Assembly: GCA_963745835.1 (NCBI GenBank)
Contig: CAVUZH010000004.1
Location: 1 to 64,000 of the forward strand
Origin: an uncultured delta proteobacterium
GTDB taxonomy: Bacteria; Desulfobacterota; Binatia; UBA9968
Direction of reading: 5' to 3'
Length of the DNA stretch: 64,000 nt
Shown here: positions 9,073 through 18,718 of the stretch, in pieces
Layout: each line of letters begins with the position of its first letter
How positions within the stretch are numbered: position 1 is the stretch's first letter
Notes under the pieces: generated by a model
The model's input: the letters and a program-made list of their open reading frames with translations, nothing else
Database searches by the model: none
Told to the model about the DNA's origin: nothing
Position numbers and translations under genes: made by a program

Positions 9073-10395
9073 ATGCCAAAAAAGATGTTCTGGCTATCAG
9101 CCGTTATGAGCCTGACACTCGTGGCCGTCGTTTCAACCTCGTTCGCCCAAACTACCCCGGTATTCGTTCAACTTGGCCAGGCGAAAGGGGCAGTTTACAA
9201 ACCGGATTCCGGGACGCAATTGCAAATCGGTATTCTAGTCATGCATCGCGAAGCGAATTACATGAACAACATCGCCTGCAGGGAATTCTCAAGCAGAGGC
9301 TTTGTGGTTCTCTGTATGAACTCGCGATTCGAAAACAATGAGGCTCTAGTGGACTGGGAGCTGATCCCCCTCGATGTGGCACAGGGAGTGAATCACCTCA
9401 AGAATGTTCAAAAAGTGAATAAGGTGATTCTCTACGGCAACAGTGGCGGTGGAGTAACGATGAGCTTCTATCAGGCTGTCGCCGAGAACGGGCCTTCAGT
9501 CTGCCAAGGCGCCAATAAGCTTGTCCAGTGCGGCAATAATCTCGCCGGGATTCCTCCCGCCGACGGCATCATACTCTCCGATGGACATCCCGGTAATCCG
9601 ATCCTGCGGCTTAGAAGCATCAATCCGGCAGTGAACAACGAGAAAAACCCGGACCGATTGAATCCTCGGCTCGATCCATTCGATCCCAAAAACGGCTATA
9701 ACCCGGCAGGACCGTCACACTATTCCGAGGAGTTCAAGGCAAGGTATTTCAAAGCTCAAGCTCAGCGGATGAACGGTCTGATCGATGACGCGCTGGAACT
9801 CCTGCAGAGAATCGAGGCGGGTAAGTACATTTATACCGACGACGCGCCGTTCAACATTCCAAAATTTGATGGAGCGCGACTGCTCTCGCTTGACCCGAGC
9901 ATCCGCCACACCACGTTATTTCCTGAGAAGCTACTCAAGAACGACGGCAGCATCGCCGTGCAGATAGTTGAGAGTCTCGCTCCATCGCGCCCGGAGCTTA
10001 AAGAAGCCAACCAGACATTCAGCGAGGGCTCTCGGGAAGGGTTGACGGTGAGGTCTTTTCTAAGCAGCAACGCGATCCGGGCAGCCAATTCCATGGACGA
10101 AACGCAAATTGACCTTTGCTCAAGCAATAATTCGACCCCCTGCATGCTTCAGCAGGTCTCGGTCCCATTGCTGGCCGCTGCCAATCAGGCGTCCTTTCAA
10201 AACCTCATTCAAGAAGTCGAGATCAATTACTTATATGGTAAGAGCACGGATAAGGACTTTATCGTCGTGGAAGGAGCGACCACCGGCGTCACTCCCTGCA
10301 CGAACTGTCCGCTCCCCGCTTCGGCCTATTCCAACGTCACAAACAATTTTTTCAACTACGCCGCGAAATGGATCAACGACCGGTTCCTTGAGTAA
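9073..10395 (+). CDS. Secreted alpha/beta-fold hydrolase
   Basis: Signal peptide (..SFA/Q), GNSGG nucleophile motif, GAGGA RBS. Confidence 0.75.
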   Translation: MPKKMFWLSAVMSLTLVAVVSTSFAQTTPVFVQLGQAKGAVYKPDSGTQLQIGILVMHREANYMNNIACREFSSRGFVVLCMNSRFENNEALVDWELIPLDVAQGVNHLKNVQKVNKVILYGNSGGGVTMSFYQAVAENGPSVCQGANKLVQCGNNLAGIPPADGIILSDGHPGNPILRLRSINPAVNNEKNPDRLNPRLDPFDPKNGYNPAGPSHYSEEFKARYFKAQAQRMNGLIDDALELLQRIEAGKYIYTDDAPFNIPKFDGARLLSLDPSIRHTTLFPEKLLKNDGSIAVQIVESLAPSRPELKEANQTFSEGSREGLTVRSFLSSNAIRAANSMDETQIDLCSSNNSTPCMLQQVSVPLLAAANQASFQNLIQEVEINYLYGKSTDKDFIVVEGATTGVTPCTNCPLPASAYSNVTNNFFNYAAKWINDRFLE

Positions 10396-11040
10396 TATCC
10401 ACAGTTCCATTGTAAAATGCTTGATGCCCAATCATGTACAAATTGTTCAACAGCTAAACGAGTCGAGGAAGATCGATCGTCTGAGATAAGGAAAAGTTTA
10501 GTCCTGCCCATAACAACAATAAGGCCATTGAGACGTAACTAAGATGTAGACTGAGGTCGGGGGTGGGTCGCAGACTCTAATTGCGCAAGAAGCGGCAGCG
10601 CCGGCCAACAAGTTGCCAACTTAGTAAAATGCTGTGCCCGGTTGTAACGGGGGATTTTCGATTGACAGCCAGCGCCCGGTCCTCACATGGAGCGCTAATC
10701 TTTTGCTCTTTGGGCTGCCATAAGAAAACTTATGGCGGCCATTCAATAAAGTGATTGGTCAACCGCCTAGTTTTCAGATAACTGCTCTAGAGCCAGGATG
10801 AGAGGACTAGTGTGAGTCGGTCCTTAAATCTTATCTGAGCAACCCCGAGCTTTCAAAGACGCGGCAGGCTCGGCCCTGAGTGGAAATGGAGAACTGAATG
10901 TTCTCGAATCATGTGCCCGACGTGAAGCTCTTGCGCTTTGTGGGCGATGATATTTCCACTCGGGGCTTTCGGTAAGGTTGCGACCAATCATTGGCTCCTT
11001 CAGTTCCTAAGAGGAAATCTCCAAACAGGAGGACAAAAAG

Positions 11041-13110
11041 ATGATTCCCACAGCTCGGGTTACAAAACGAACCGCGATTATCTGGTTACTCATCGCGCTG
11101 TTGCTGATTCCTGCGTTTAGCGAAGCGCGTATAACGAAGATCGTCATCGACCCCGCTCGGTCGCAGTCACCCACGTTCGATGGCGTCTCCTTCGGAGCGG
11201 TCGGTCAATACGAGAAGCTTCGTGGCACAGCCTACGGTGAGCTTGACCCCTTGGATGCACGAAATGCTCTGATCACCGACATTGAGAACGCGCCCCGAAA
11301 TGCCAGCAGCAAGGTCGAGTACTCAATGGACATCTTCATCCTCAAACCGATCCATTTGGGCAGCGGCAACCATCGGATCCTGTTGGACTTCAACAACCGT
11401 GGCGAGATGCGGTTAGGCAGGCTCAACGAAGTCGAGTTAACCAACAATCCGACCACGGCCGCTCACGCGGGCAACGGTTTTATCATGAAGCTAGGCTATT
11501 CCGTTGTAGGCAATGGGTGGGATTTCGGTGCGACGAGCGACGACGACGGGTTAACCATATCTGTTCCAGTAGCGAAAAACCCGGTTGGATCGGCCAACCC
11601 CGACATCACCGGTCCGTCGTACGAGTACATCGTGTTCGACAACGCCACGACGATGCAGAGCGCGCTCGCCTATGCGGCGGCGACTTTGGACAAGTCTCAG
11701 GCGACGCTCACCGTGCGCGCGCGCCTGGATGACCCGCCAGTAATAGTGCCCGAAAGCGGCTGGGAATACACCTCGGCTGCGGGTACGGCCATTCGCTTGC
11801 TGCCGACCGGAACGGCGTTCCAGCAAAGCCACATCTACGAGTTCACGTACACGGCGAAGAATCCCGTCGTGGCGGCGATCGGTTTGGCGGCGACGCGCGA
11901 TTTCGTGTCCTTTCTGCGCCATGCGGTGAGCGACGATTTCGGCAGTCCCAATCCGCTCGCTGGTGATGTGCAGCACACCTTCAGCTATTCCATCTCGCAG
12001 CCCTCGCGTACTTTGAACGACTTCCAGGCGCTCGGGTTCAACGAAGACGAGCAGGGCAGGCGTGTCATCGACGGAATACTCAGCCATACCGGCGGCGGCA
12101 GCGGCGACCAAATCAACTATCGGTTCGGGCAGACCGGAAGAACCGAGCGCAACCGCCAGAACCACTTGTACCCGGAAGGCGTGTTCCCGTTCGCCCATCA
12201 GGTGTTGAAAGATCATCTCAGCGGCAAAACCGGCGGGCGTAGTGAGCTCTGCCGGGCGAGTCATACTTGTCCAAAGCGCTTCGAAGTCAATACCGCCAAC
12301 GAATATTGGGTCAAGGCAGGTTCACTGCTGCACACTGACACGCGAGGCAGGGATTTGAAGGATCCGGAAAACGTGCGCTTTTATCTGATCTCTGGCTTAT
12401 CGCATGGCGTCGGCAATGTAACCACTAGGGGAACGTGCCAGCAGTTTCTCAACCCAACCAGCCCCTATCCTGCACATCGTGCGCTATTGGTCGCGCTTGA
12501 CGAATGGGTGAGCCACGGGACCATGCCGCCAAAGAGTGAGGTGCCGCGGGTTTTCGATAACACGGCCGTCTTCGCAGTGCCGCAGGCTGGTTCTCAGACC
12601 GGTATCGTGCCGCAATCCGCCCTTGGCTGGCCCACGCTTCCCGGTGTGACGTATAACGGGCTGATCACAACTCGGTACTTTCTCGATTTTGGGCCGTTGT
12701 TAGATAATGGCATTGTCTCGAACTACCCGCCCTCAATCGTAGGACGTCCTACGTACCCGATCTTTGTCTCCAAGGTGGATGAGGATGGCAACGAAGTGGC
12801 CGGCATCCGCATGCCCCCGGTCGAGGCGCCGATTGCGACCACCACCGGGTGGGCATTGCGCCGCGCCGGCTTCAGCGAAAACGAAGGTTGTGAGGCGAAT
12901 GGTCAACACATCGCCCTCAAGACCACCCAAATGGAGCGAATGGCCGTCGGTGATCCGCGTCAGTCGCTCGAAGAACGCTACAAGAATCACGATGGCTACG
13001 TAAAGGCTGTGACCAAGGCTGCTGACAAATTGCAGAAGCAGCGGTTCCTTCTTCCAGATGATGTGCAGCAATATATCGATGAAGCAGAGGCAAGTAACGT
13101 GCTTCAGTAA
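11041..13110 (+). CDS. Secreted alpha/beta-hydrolase-domain protein (689 aa)
   Basis: Signal peptide (SEA/RIT), FGAVGQYE, NNRG, SISQPSR, GFNEDE, DEDGNEVAGIR, GDPRQSLEERY. GGAGG RBS. Confidence 0.85.
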   Translation: MIPTARVTKRTAIIWLLIALLLIPAFSEARITKIVIDPARSQSPTFDGVSFGAVGQYEKLRGTAYGELDPLDARNALITDIENAPRNASSKVEYSMDIFILKPIHLGSGNHRILLDFNNRGEMRLGRLNEVELTNNPTTAAHAGNGFIMKLGYSVVGNGWDFGATSDDDGLTISVPVAKNPVGSANPDITGPSYEYIVFDNATTMQSALAYAAATLDKSQATLTVRARLDDPPVIVPESGWEYTSAAGTAIRLLPTGTAFQQSHIYEFTYTAKNPVVAAIGLAATRDFVSFLRHAVSDDFGSPNPLAGDVQHTFSYSISQPSRTLNDFQALGFNEDEQGRRVIDGILSHTGGGSGDQINYRFGQTGRTERNRQNHLYPEGVFPFAHQVLKDHLSGKTGGRSELCRASHTCPKRFEVNTANEYWVKAGSLLHTDTRGRDLKDPENVRFYLISGLSHGVGNVTTRGTCQQFLNPTSPYPAHRALLVALDEWVSHGTMPPKSEVPRVFDNTAVFAVPQAGSQTGIVPQSALGWPTLPGVTYNGLITTRYFLDFGPLLDNGIVSNYPPSIVGRPTYPIFVSKVDEDGNEVAGIRMPPVEAPIATTTGWALRRAGFSENEGCEANGQHIALKTTQMERMAVGDPRQSLEERYKNHDGYVKAVTKAADKLQKQRFLLPDDVQQYIDEAEASNVLQ

Positions 13111-13155
13111 GTGCGGAAATTCAGTCTGTCGCTTCCGCGGAGGCGTGGCATAAGG

Positions 13156-13193
13156 GAACGCCCGATCCCGTATAGGTTCGGGCGTTTTTCTTT
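13156..13193 (+). terminator. Rho-independent terminator
   Basis: AACGCCCGA...TCGGGCGTT followed by a T-rich tract, 45 nt after the stop. Confidence 0.8.
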
Positions 13194-13408
13194 CAAGGCA
13201 ACAGCGCGTCAGGGCAGATGCGGCGGCCAAGCCCGCTGTATGTACACAATCGGCAGTGCGTCAACTATCGATTGATGATGACAGACGTGGCTCGAGCACC
13301 GATAGTATTTGGTCGTGGTGAATGGTGCTACCCAGGGGGGACGCCCTGCACGAATTGTGCTAATCCTCCGGCGTAGTGATGCGAATGCGAGGATCCTAAA
13401 TCGGCGAG

Positions 13409-13627
13409 CTAGGGATTCGCGTCAATCCAGCTCTTAGCAAAATTAACCACGAACCGTTCCGCTTCTTCAGCGGTTTTGAAACGATCCGGGAGCCCGTCAA
13501 TTGTGTGCGAGTACCGCTGGCCATCAATCTTCCAAGTGATTTCTGCGCCCGCACTCCAGAGTTTGGTGCTTTGCTGCAAAGATGCATACGCGATAATGAG
13601 TCGGTCGTTGTAAAACAGGTTTGCCAT
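13409..13627 (-). CDS. Small hypothetical protein (72 aa)
   Basis: MANLFYNDRLII...FKTAEEAERFVVNFAKSWID; protein-like composition. Confidence 0.6.
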   Translation of the reverse strand: MANLFYNDRLIIAYASLQQSTKLWSAGAEITWKIDGQRYSHTIDGLPDRFKTAEEAERFVVNFAKSWIDANP

Positions 13628-13704
13628 ACTTATCTTTTTATAAATACGAGGCAAAGATCTTATAGGCTTCTTTGCACGAATTGAGTTTTCGTTCTCGTCA
13701 CATC

Positions 13705-14154
13705 TCACGTCAAATTCGCCATTATTTCCTCGTCACTAGCTGCTAGATCTACCGGTTTGCCGAACGGCTGGGGCCAATCAATTCCTGTGGGCCAGTAAAC
13801 TTCAAGTTGATTGCCGTCCGGGTCTTCAAAGTACAAACCGACGGCATTGCCGTGGCTAACGGTGCGAATGATCGGCACCTTGCGCTCCAGGAACAGACGG
13901 TAGAATTCTTTAACGTCGGCCAGACTGGAGCACCGGAAAGAAATCTGCTGCACCACCTTGCCATCTTCACGGCCTGGGATCAGCAGCAATTCGTGATGCT
14001 CATCGAGCCTGTCCTTAGCAGTCATGAATGCGCTGCCGGTTTTCGGATTCTCATCACTGATCTTGAGACCAATAATGTCCCTGTAGAACGCCTTCGATCG
14101 CTCAATATCGCGCACGTAGAGACCCACATGACCCAAAGAAGCCACTTTAGGCAT
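13705..14154 (-). CDS. VOC/glyoxalase family protein
   Basis: LGHVGLYVRDIERSKAFY, HHEL, LYFEDPDGNQLEVY. GGAGG RBS. Confidence 0.9.
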   Translation of the reverse strand: MPKVASLGHVGLYVRDIERSKAFYRDIIGLKISDENPKTGSAFMTAKDRLDEHHELLLIPGREDGKVVQQISFRCSSLADVKEFYRLFLERKVPIIRTVSHGNAVGLYFEDPDGNQLEVYWPTGIDWPQPFGKPVDLAASDEEIMANLT

Positions 14155-14265
14155 ACTGCCTCCGTTCAGTTCTCTTCTAATTAAGGAGAAAAACTTTGAT
14201 CAGACCCGTAATCTTGATTCCACTACGCCATCGGGCATTCGAACTTTAGTATCGCACGCCCAAGA

Positions 14266-14400
14266 TCAGGATTTTTTTTCGTCCTGGCTTCCTGCCTGCG
14301 GCGCCTTGCCGATCTGCTCGCCTCGTGGCAGCCGCTCGTACTTCAAAATAATCCTCTCGTCCATCGCCGCGTATGCTTTTGCCCAATCGGTTTGGCTCAT
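14266..14400 (-). CDS. 44-aa ORF missing from the ORF track
   Basis: GGAGG-N4-ATG; MSQTDWAKAYAAMDERIILKYERLPRGEQIGKAPQAGSQDEKKS*. Starts 22 nt after the upstream gene's stop. Confidence 0.6.
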   Translation of the reverse strand: MSQTDWAKAYAAMDERIILKYERLPRGEQIGKAPQAGSQDEKKS

Positions 14401-14422
14401 AAGACCTCCAGTAGAAACTTCT

Positions 14423-15184
14423 CTAGAGCGCGGGCGCATAGTTGCCGCTCAGCAACATACCGCCGTGCGGCACCGGATTTTCGATTTTGAGCACGTGATA
14501 GGTGAACCACATTTCGGCCGCCAACGCCCAGACTACTTTTATCTTCAAATCACGCTCGAGAAACTCGATTGCCGGCGCCGCGTCCCACCCGCCGCCATTG
14601 ATGTAAACCGCATCGACTGGACGCATGTCCTGCAACGCCTTTCTGCAGTGGCGGTAGACGTCCGTATGAGATACTTCATCCAGAGCCCGCAGCGAAGTGG
14701 TGTAAAGTCCGGTGCTCTCGCCGGTCACACTCAGCCCCGGCATCAGTTCCGATTCGAAGCCGAAGCGGGAAAAGTAATTCACGATCGCCTGATTGAGCTC
14801 CTGGCCATAGTAGGTCGCAACCACTACAGTGCGCGCGCCGAGAGCCTGTAAGGCAAGCGCATGCGGCTCCATCGGAGTGACTACCGGTAGACCTATTTTG
14901 GCCGAGAGATCCGCCGCCCATTGCCTCTCAAAATCCAAGCCTTTGAGCAAAAACGGCGGCGTCCCGCTAACCGCGATGATATCGCAACCAACCTCTTTCA
15001 GTTGAATCGCGATCTCTTCGGCTTTCTTGAATCCCTCAAGAAAACTCTCACGTTTCTCGCTGCGGAAGCCGATAAACGTCGGCACGATCTCAACGCCCTC
15101 CGGCGCATTGTTGTACCAATAGGCGAAGGACTTACCGCGATGCGTGGGCTTGATCAGCCCGATCCGCGCGCGCCATGCGACCAT
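14423..15184 (-). CDS. Maleate isomerase/arylmalonate decarboxylase-like protein (Asp/Glu racemase fold)
   Basis: WRARIGLIKP, LPVVT..ALQALGARTVVVATYY, AIEFLERDL..VV. AGGAGG RBS. Confidence 0.75.
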   Translation of the reverse strand: MVAWRARIGLIKPTHRGKSFAYWYNNAPEGVEIVPTFIGFRSEKRESFLEGFKKAEEIAIQLKEVGCDIIAVSGTPPFLLKGLDFERQWAADLSAKIGLPVVTPMEPHALALQALGARTVVVATYYGQELNQAIVNYFSRFGFESELMPGLSVTGESTGLYTTSLRALDEVSHTDVYRHCRKALQDMRPVDAVYINGGGWDAAPAIEFLERDLKIKVVWALAAEMWFTYHVLKIENPVPHGGMLLSGNYAPAL

Positions 15185-15840
15185 CTAAATGTTCCTCCTA
15201 TTCGGCTTGCTTCTAGTCACGATCATTTATTTGCGGCTATCACCGGCGGCCATCGATGTCAAAGGATCATCGAGCGCACATGGTTAATCGGTCATCACTG
15301 CACATATGCTCGAGATCAATGTCTGGAGGCATAATCCAACCAAATCTAAGGCTCAAAAACGCTGCCTCACCGTATGACAGCATTCCTCTTCATGGCAAAG
15401 CAGACAGTTATCGCAGAGACTCACCCCGCAGAAAGGGCAATTGAACTCCTCACCATGAAGAATTTCGTTCCGGCATTCGCCGCATTCGATAGTTCCATTG
15501 ATCAGCTGAAACATCCGATGTTCATTCCTACGGTACTAGTGATTAACACATCAGGGTACCGGCAGGCGCTAAGGGATGACTTCTTGAATGCTCTTCATCC
15601 CACGCGGGCTTACCATGATTCCGTCAACTCGAGCAATGAAAAAACCGGCCTGAGGTTTAGAAGTTAGCGATTGGTTGAGCAACTCGAATCTTTTACGCTG
15701 GCAGAATCAATCCAGGTATCCGGATCACTTGTTCATCCGCGTTCAACCAGCCCGATCGCCTAACCGTCAGTCAAAATTGCTTTAAAGGATCGCCAACAAG
15801 ACTCCGCCTTGGTCGGACGGCATCCGATCGGGACTAGGCG

Positions 15841-17130
15841 CTAGTTTTGCAATTTTTCCTGGAGAAAGCGGATGTGCAGCCGCAGGTGGTACAACTCCGC
15901 GGCATAAGAGAGAGGAACTGAAACAGAAGCCACTTGGCGGTCAAGCTCGCTTAATCGATTGATCAGCGATGCCGAATCGCCGGAAATCTTTTGTTCTTGA
16001 ATTGACGATTCGACTTCCCGGACCGCTGCGTACCACTTATAAATCTTCGATCGAATTCGCCAGGTATAAAGCGGCGGGGCGATCTTAAACAAGGGCAGGA
16101 GCAAAGCGAGGAGCGGTAAAACAAGTATTTTAAGACGGTCCAGGAGAACGGCCGTGCCATAGGGCAGCCATCTAAACAAAAAAGATGGGCCGTTGATTAG
16201 ATAACGACGAGCATCTTCATTTAGCGGAAGGTCAGCGAAATCTACCGACGGAAACTGGCGCTTGTGCTCCAGCACGCCGCCGGCTTGATGAACTCTCGCG
16301 ACGGCATTTAAGACGGCAGGAATGAGGCTAGGGTTTAAATCGCGGCGCGCAGCCAAGTTGGCCGAGGCGGCAACCAGTGGAGTGTCATGGGCCGGAATAT
16401 TTTGCTGTAAATCTATTACGCCTTCACTGAGAGTCACCGGGGTCAGAAAGGGAAACCGTCGGCCGTAAGCAGCGGCGCGGTCAAAATTGAGAAGTTCAAC
16501 AGCGGGCGCGGCAAAGAGTTTACGAATGATCGGCGCCTCAGGCGAAGCGACAAAAAAGGCGGCATCGATTTTTCCGTTCGACAACGAATCGATCGCCTGC
16601 GTGGTCTCCTCGCGGATTAGTCGCGTATTGGTTTCCGTAATGCCGGCAGCAGATAACAGCTGGGTTGCCAGAAGATGAGTGCCGCTTCCGGCGATCCCCA
16701 CCGACACACGGTTACCTTTCAATTCCAGAAATCGTTTTACGGCGCTCTGCCTGCGGACAAAAATCCAGACAGGTTCGAGAAATAAGCTGCCTAGCGACTG
16801 CAAACGTTTTTTATCGTCTCCAGTTGCGCTGCCGCCCTGGATAAGCGCCAGCGACACTTCTCCACTCTTCAGCAGCTCCAGGTTCTCTACAGATCCTGCC
16901 GTGGGAACAACCTCAAGGGTGATACCGTCGCTGGCCAGTAAACGCGCATACTCCTGGGCGAAGGTATAGTAGGCCCCGTTGTTCGCTCCCGTTGCAATCC
17001 GAACGACTTTTGGCGGCGGCGCGCCGACGTACTGGTAGGTGATTAAGAAGCCCACCAAAACGATCACTGCTAATAGGCCCCAAACCTTGAGGAACTCCAC
17101 AACGGCTGCTGATATGCGTCTACTCATCAT
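15841..17130 (-). CDS. TAXI-family TRAP solute-binding protein with C-terminal membrane extension
   Basis: IATGANNGAYY, TAGSVENL, GIAGSGT, GPSFLFRWLPY. Confidence 0.85.
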   Translation of the reverse strand: MMSRRISAAVVEFLKVWGLLAVIVLVGFLITYQYVGAPPPKVVRIATGANNGAYYTFAQEYARLLASDGITLEVVPTAGSVENLELLKSGEVSLALIQGGSATGDDKKRLQSLGSLFLEPVWIFVRRQSAVKRFLELKGNRVSVGIAGSGTHLLATQLLSAAGITETNTRLIREETTQAIDSLSNGKIDAAFFVASPEAPIIRKLFAAPAVELLNFDRAAAYGRRFPFLTPVTLSEGVIDLQQNIPAHDTPLVAASANLAARRDLNPSLIPAVLNAVARVHQAGGVLEHKRQFPSVDFADLPLNEDARRYLINGPSFLFRWLPYGTAVLLDRLKILVLPLLALLLPLFKIAPPLYTWRIRSKIYKWYAAVREVESSIQEQKISGDSASLINRLSELDRQVASVSVPLSYAAELYHLRLHIRFLQEKLQN

Positions 17131-17362
17131 TCGTTGGCGTTCTTGGGTGTATACGCCTGCGGCTTTGACGCCCTAATGTTTGTTCGGGCGATTTCGCGGC
17201 AAAGCTAATTCTACCTGATCTTCTGAGCGTATGTATCGGAATCAAATCCTGCAATAGCAAGCATCGTTAGTCTGTAGCACGGCGCTAACCAGCCACGCAC
17301 CCTGCCGATCTGTTGGAATGGATGCATGTGCATCAGCGACCGAGCATGCTAGTGTAAGCCAC

Positions 17363-18718
17363 ATGGCAGCGGAAGTTAAGATTATCCCGGGTCGCTTGCC
17401 ACCGTTCTGGGACCGCAACGTTCTGTTCTTCTGCAACATGCATTCAATTTTTTACGATAATCAGGAAGAAGCTAACGACCTCATCAGTCAAATTTACGGC
17501 GCCCATTCCTACGGCAGCAGAGTCATTTCCATCCTAAACTTACTGTTTAGACGAGGGCCTAACAAGATCTTTTTAGAAGCCCCTCCCGAACCCAACCTAT
17601 TGGATTACCTTTCGGGCGATCTGCGATTGTCTCTGCCTAGCTTTGCCGTGTTGGATCACCGCGGCTATAAAGATCTCGTCACATGTGTAAAAGATTCCGA
17701 ATTCGAGCCAGCGGCCGAAGATTTGAAAGCGCATGCGGCAACATGGGTGGATGGTTTTGTCACGGACCGCCTTCTCGTCGAAGTTGCAACGGGTTTGAAT
17801 AAGCGGACCATCAGTACGTATGAAGGGAGCAAAAACGGCAATAACAAATATCTTCTGTACCGCCATCAGTTGGAACGAGGATTGCCCGTCTTCGAAACTC
17901 TTCTTGCGGCGACTCCCCGAGAAGTACCAGCCGCGCTCGCTCGCTTGCGACAGTTGGGTTACGCAACGGCAGTGGTTAAAGCCCAGATCGGCGCTTCCGG
18001 CTATGGGATGATCAAGCTCAATACCCAAAATCCGGGGCTGGATAGCATGCCTAACTATCTCTTCTTCGAAGGGCCGTGCATGGTGCAAGGCTGGCTCGAT
18101 GAAGAAAGACCTGGAGTCCGTCGCATCGGCTCTCCCAGCATCCAGATGTTTTTAGATGATCACACTGTTTCCCTGTTCGATTGGACCGAACAGATTCTCA
18201 GCGAGGCCAGCGTTCATGAGGGCAACATGTCGCCGCCACCCTACATTCGAGAACATCCTGAGCTCAAGGACGAGCTTTTCCGACAAGGCGCAATCGCTGG
18301 AGAATGGCTGCACGCTCAAGGCTACCGCGGCACCGCCAGCACCGACTTTGTGGTGATAGAACAAGACGGACGCAATCAGGTCATTATCTGCGAGATCAAT
18401 GCACGGGTGACGGGGGCAACGTATCCCGCAGTGCTGGCCCGACACTTTACGCCTGACGGTTGTTGGAAGATGCGCAACATTCAATTTCGCAAATCACTGG
18501 ACGGCGATCAGCTTCTCTCCCTCATTGATCACGCACAAGTGCTCTACCGGCCGGGCAAGGACGAAGGAATCATTCCTTTTAATTTTAACACTGACGACCA
18601 AGGCAAAGTCATCAAAGGTCAGTTTCTCTGCCTGGGAAAAGACCACGAACAATGCAGCGTGGTTTTGGCGAAAGCCTGGACCGACTTGCCGGTCGAATGG
18701 GGTTATGACCGAGACTAG
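17363..18718 (+). CDS. ATP-grasp-fold protein (putative amide/peptide ligase)
   Basis: NNKY, VVKAQIGASGYG, MVQGW, SPSIQ, GYRGTASTDF, CEINARVTGATY. Confidence 0.7.
   Translation: MAAEVKIIPGRLPPFWDRNVLFFCNMHSIFYDNQEEANDLISQIYGAHSYGSRVISILNLLFRRGPNKIFLEAPPEPNLLDYLSGDLRLSLPSFAVLDHRGYKDLVTCVKDSEFEPAAEDLKAHAATWVDGFVTDRLLVEVATGLNKRTISTYEGSKNGNNKYLLYRHQLERGLPVFETLLAATPREVPAALARLRQLGYATAVVKAQIGASGYGMIKLNTQNPGLDSMPNYLFFEGPCMVQGWLDEERPGVRRIGSPSIQMFLDDHTVSLFDWTEQILSEASVHEGNMSPPPYIREHPELKDELFRQGAIAGEWLHAQGYRGTASTDFVVIEQDGRNQVIICEINARVTGATYPAVLARHFTPDGCWKMRNIQFRKSLDGDQLLSLIDHAQVLYRPGKDEGIIPFNFNTDDQGKVIKGQFLCLGKDHEQCSVVLAKAWTDLPVEWGYDRD

Noticed and set aside
10396-11040. Riboswitch or ncRNA in the 645-bp intergenic region
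   Set aside because: Only one clear hairpin (GGCTGCCATAAG/CTTATGGCGGCC, 10713-10740) and no recognisable family motif; an Rfam scan is needed.
15374-15667. 97-aa ORF
   Set aside because: No motif or clear RBS.
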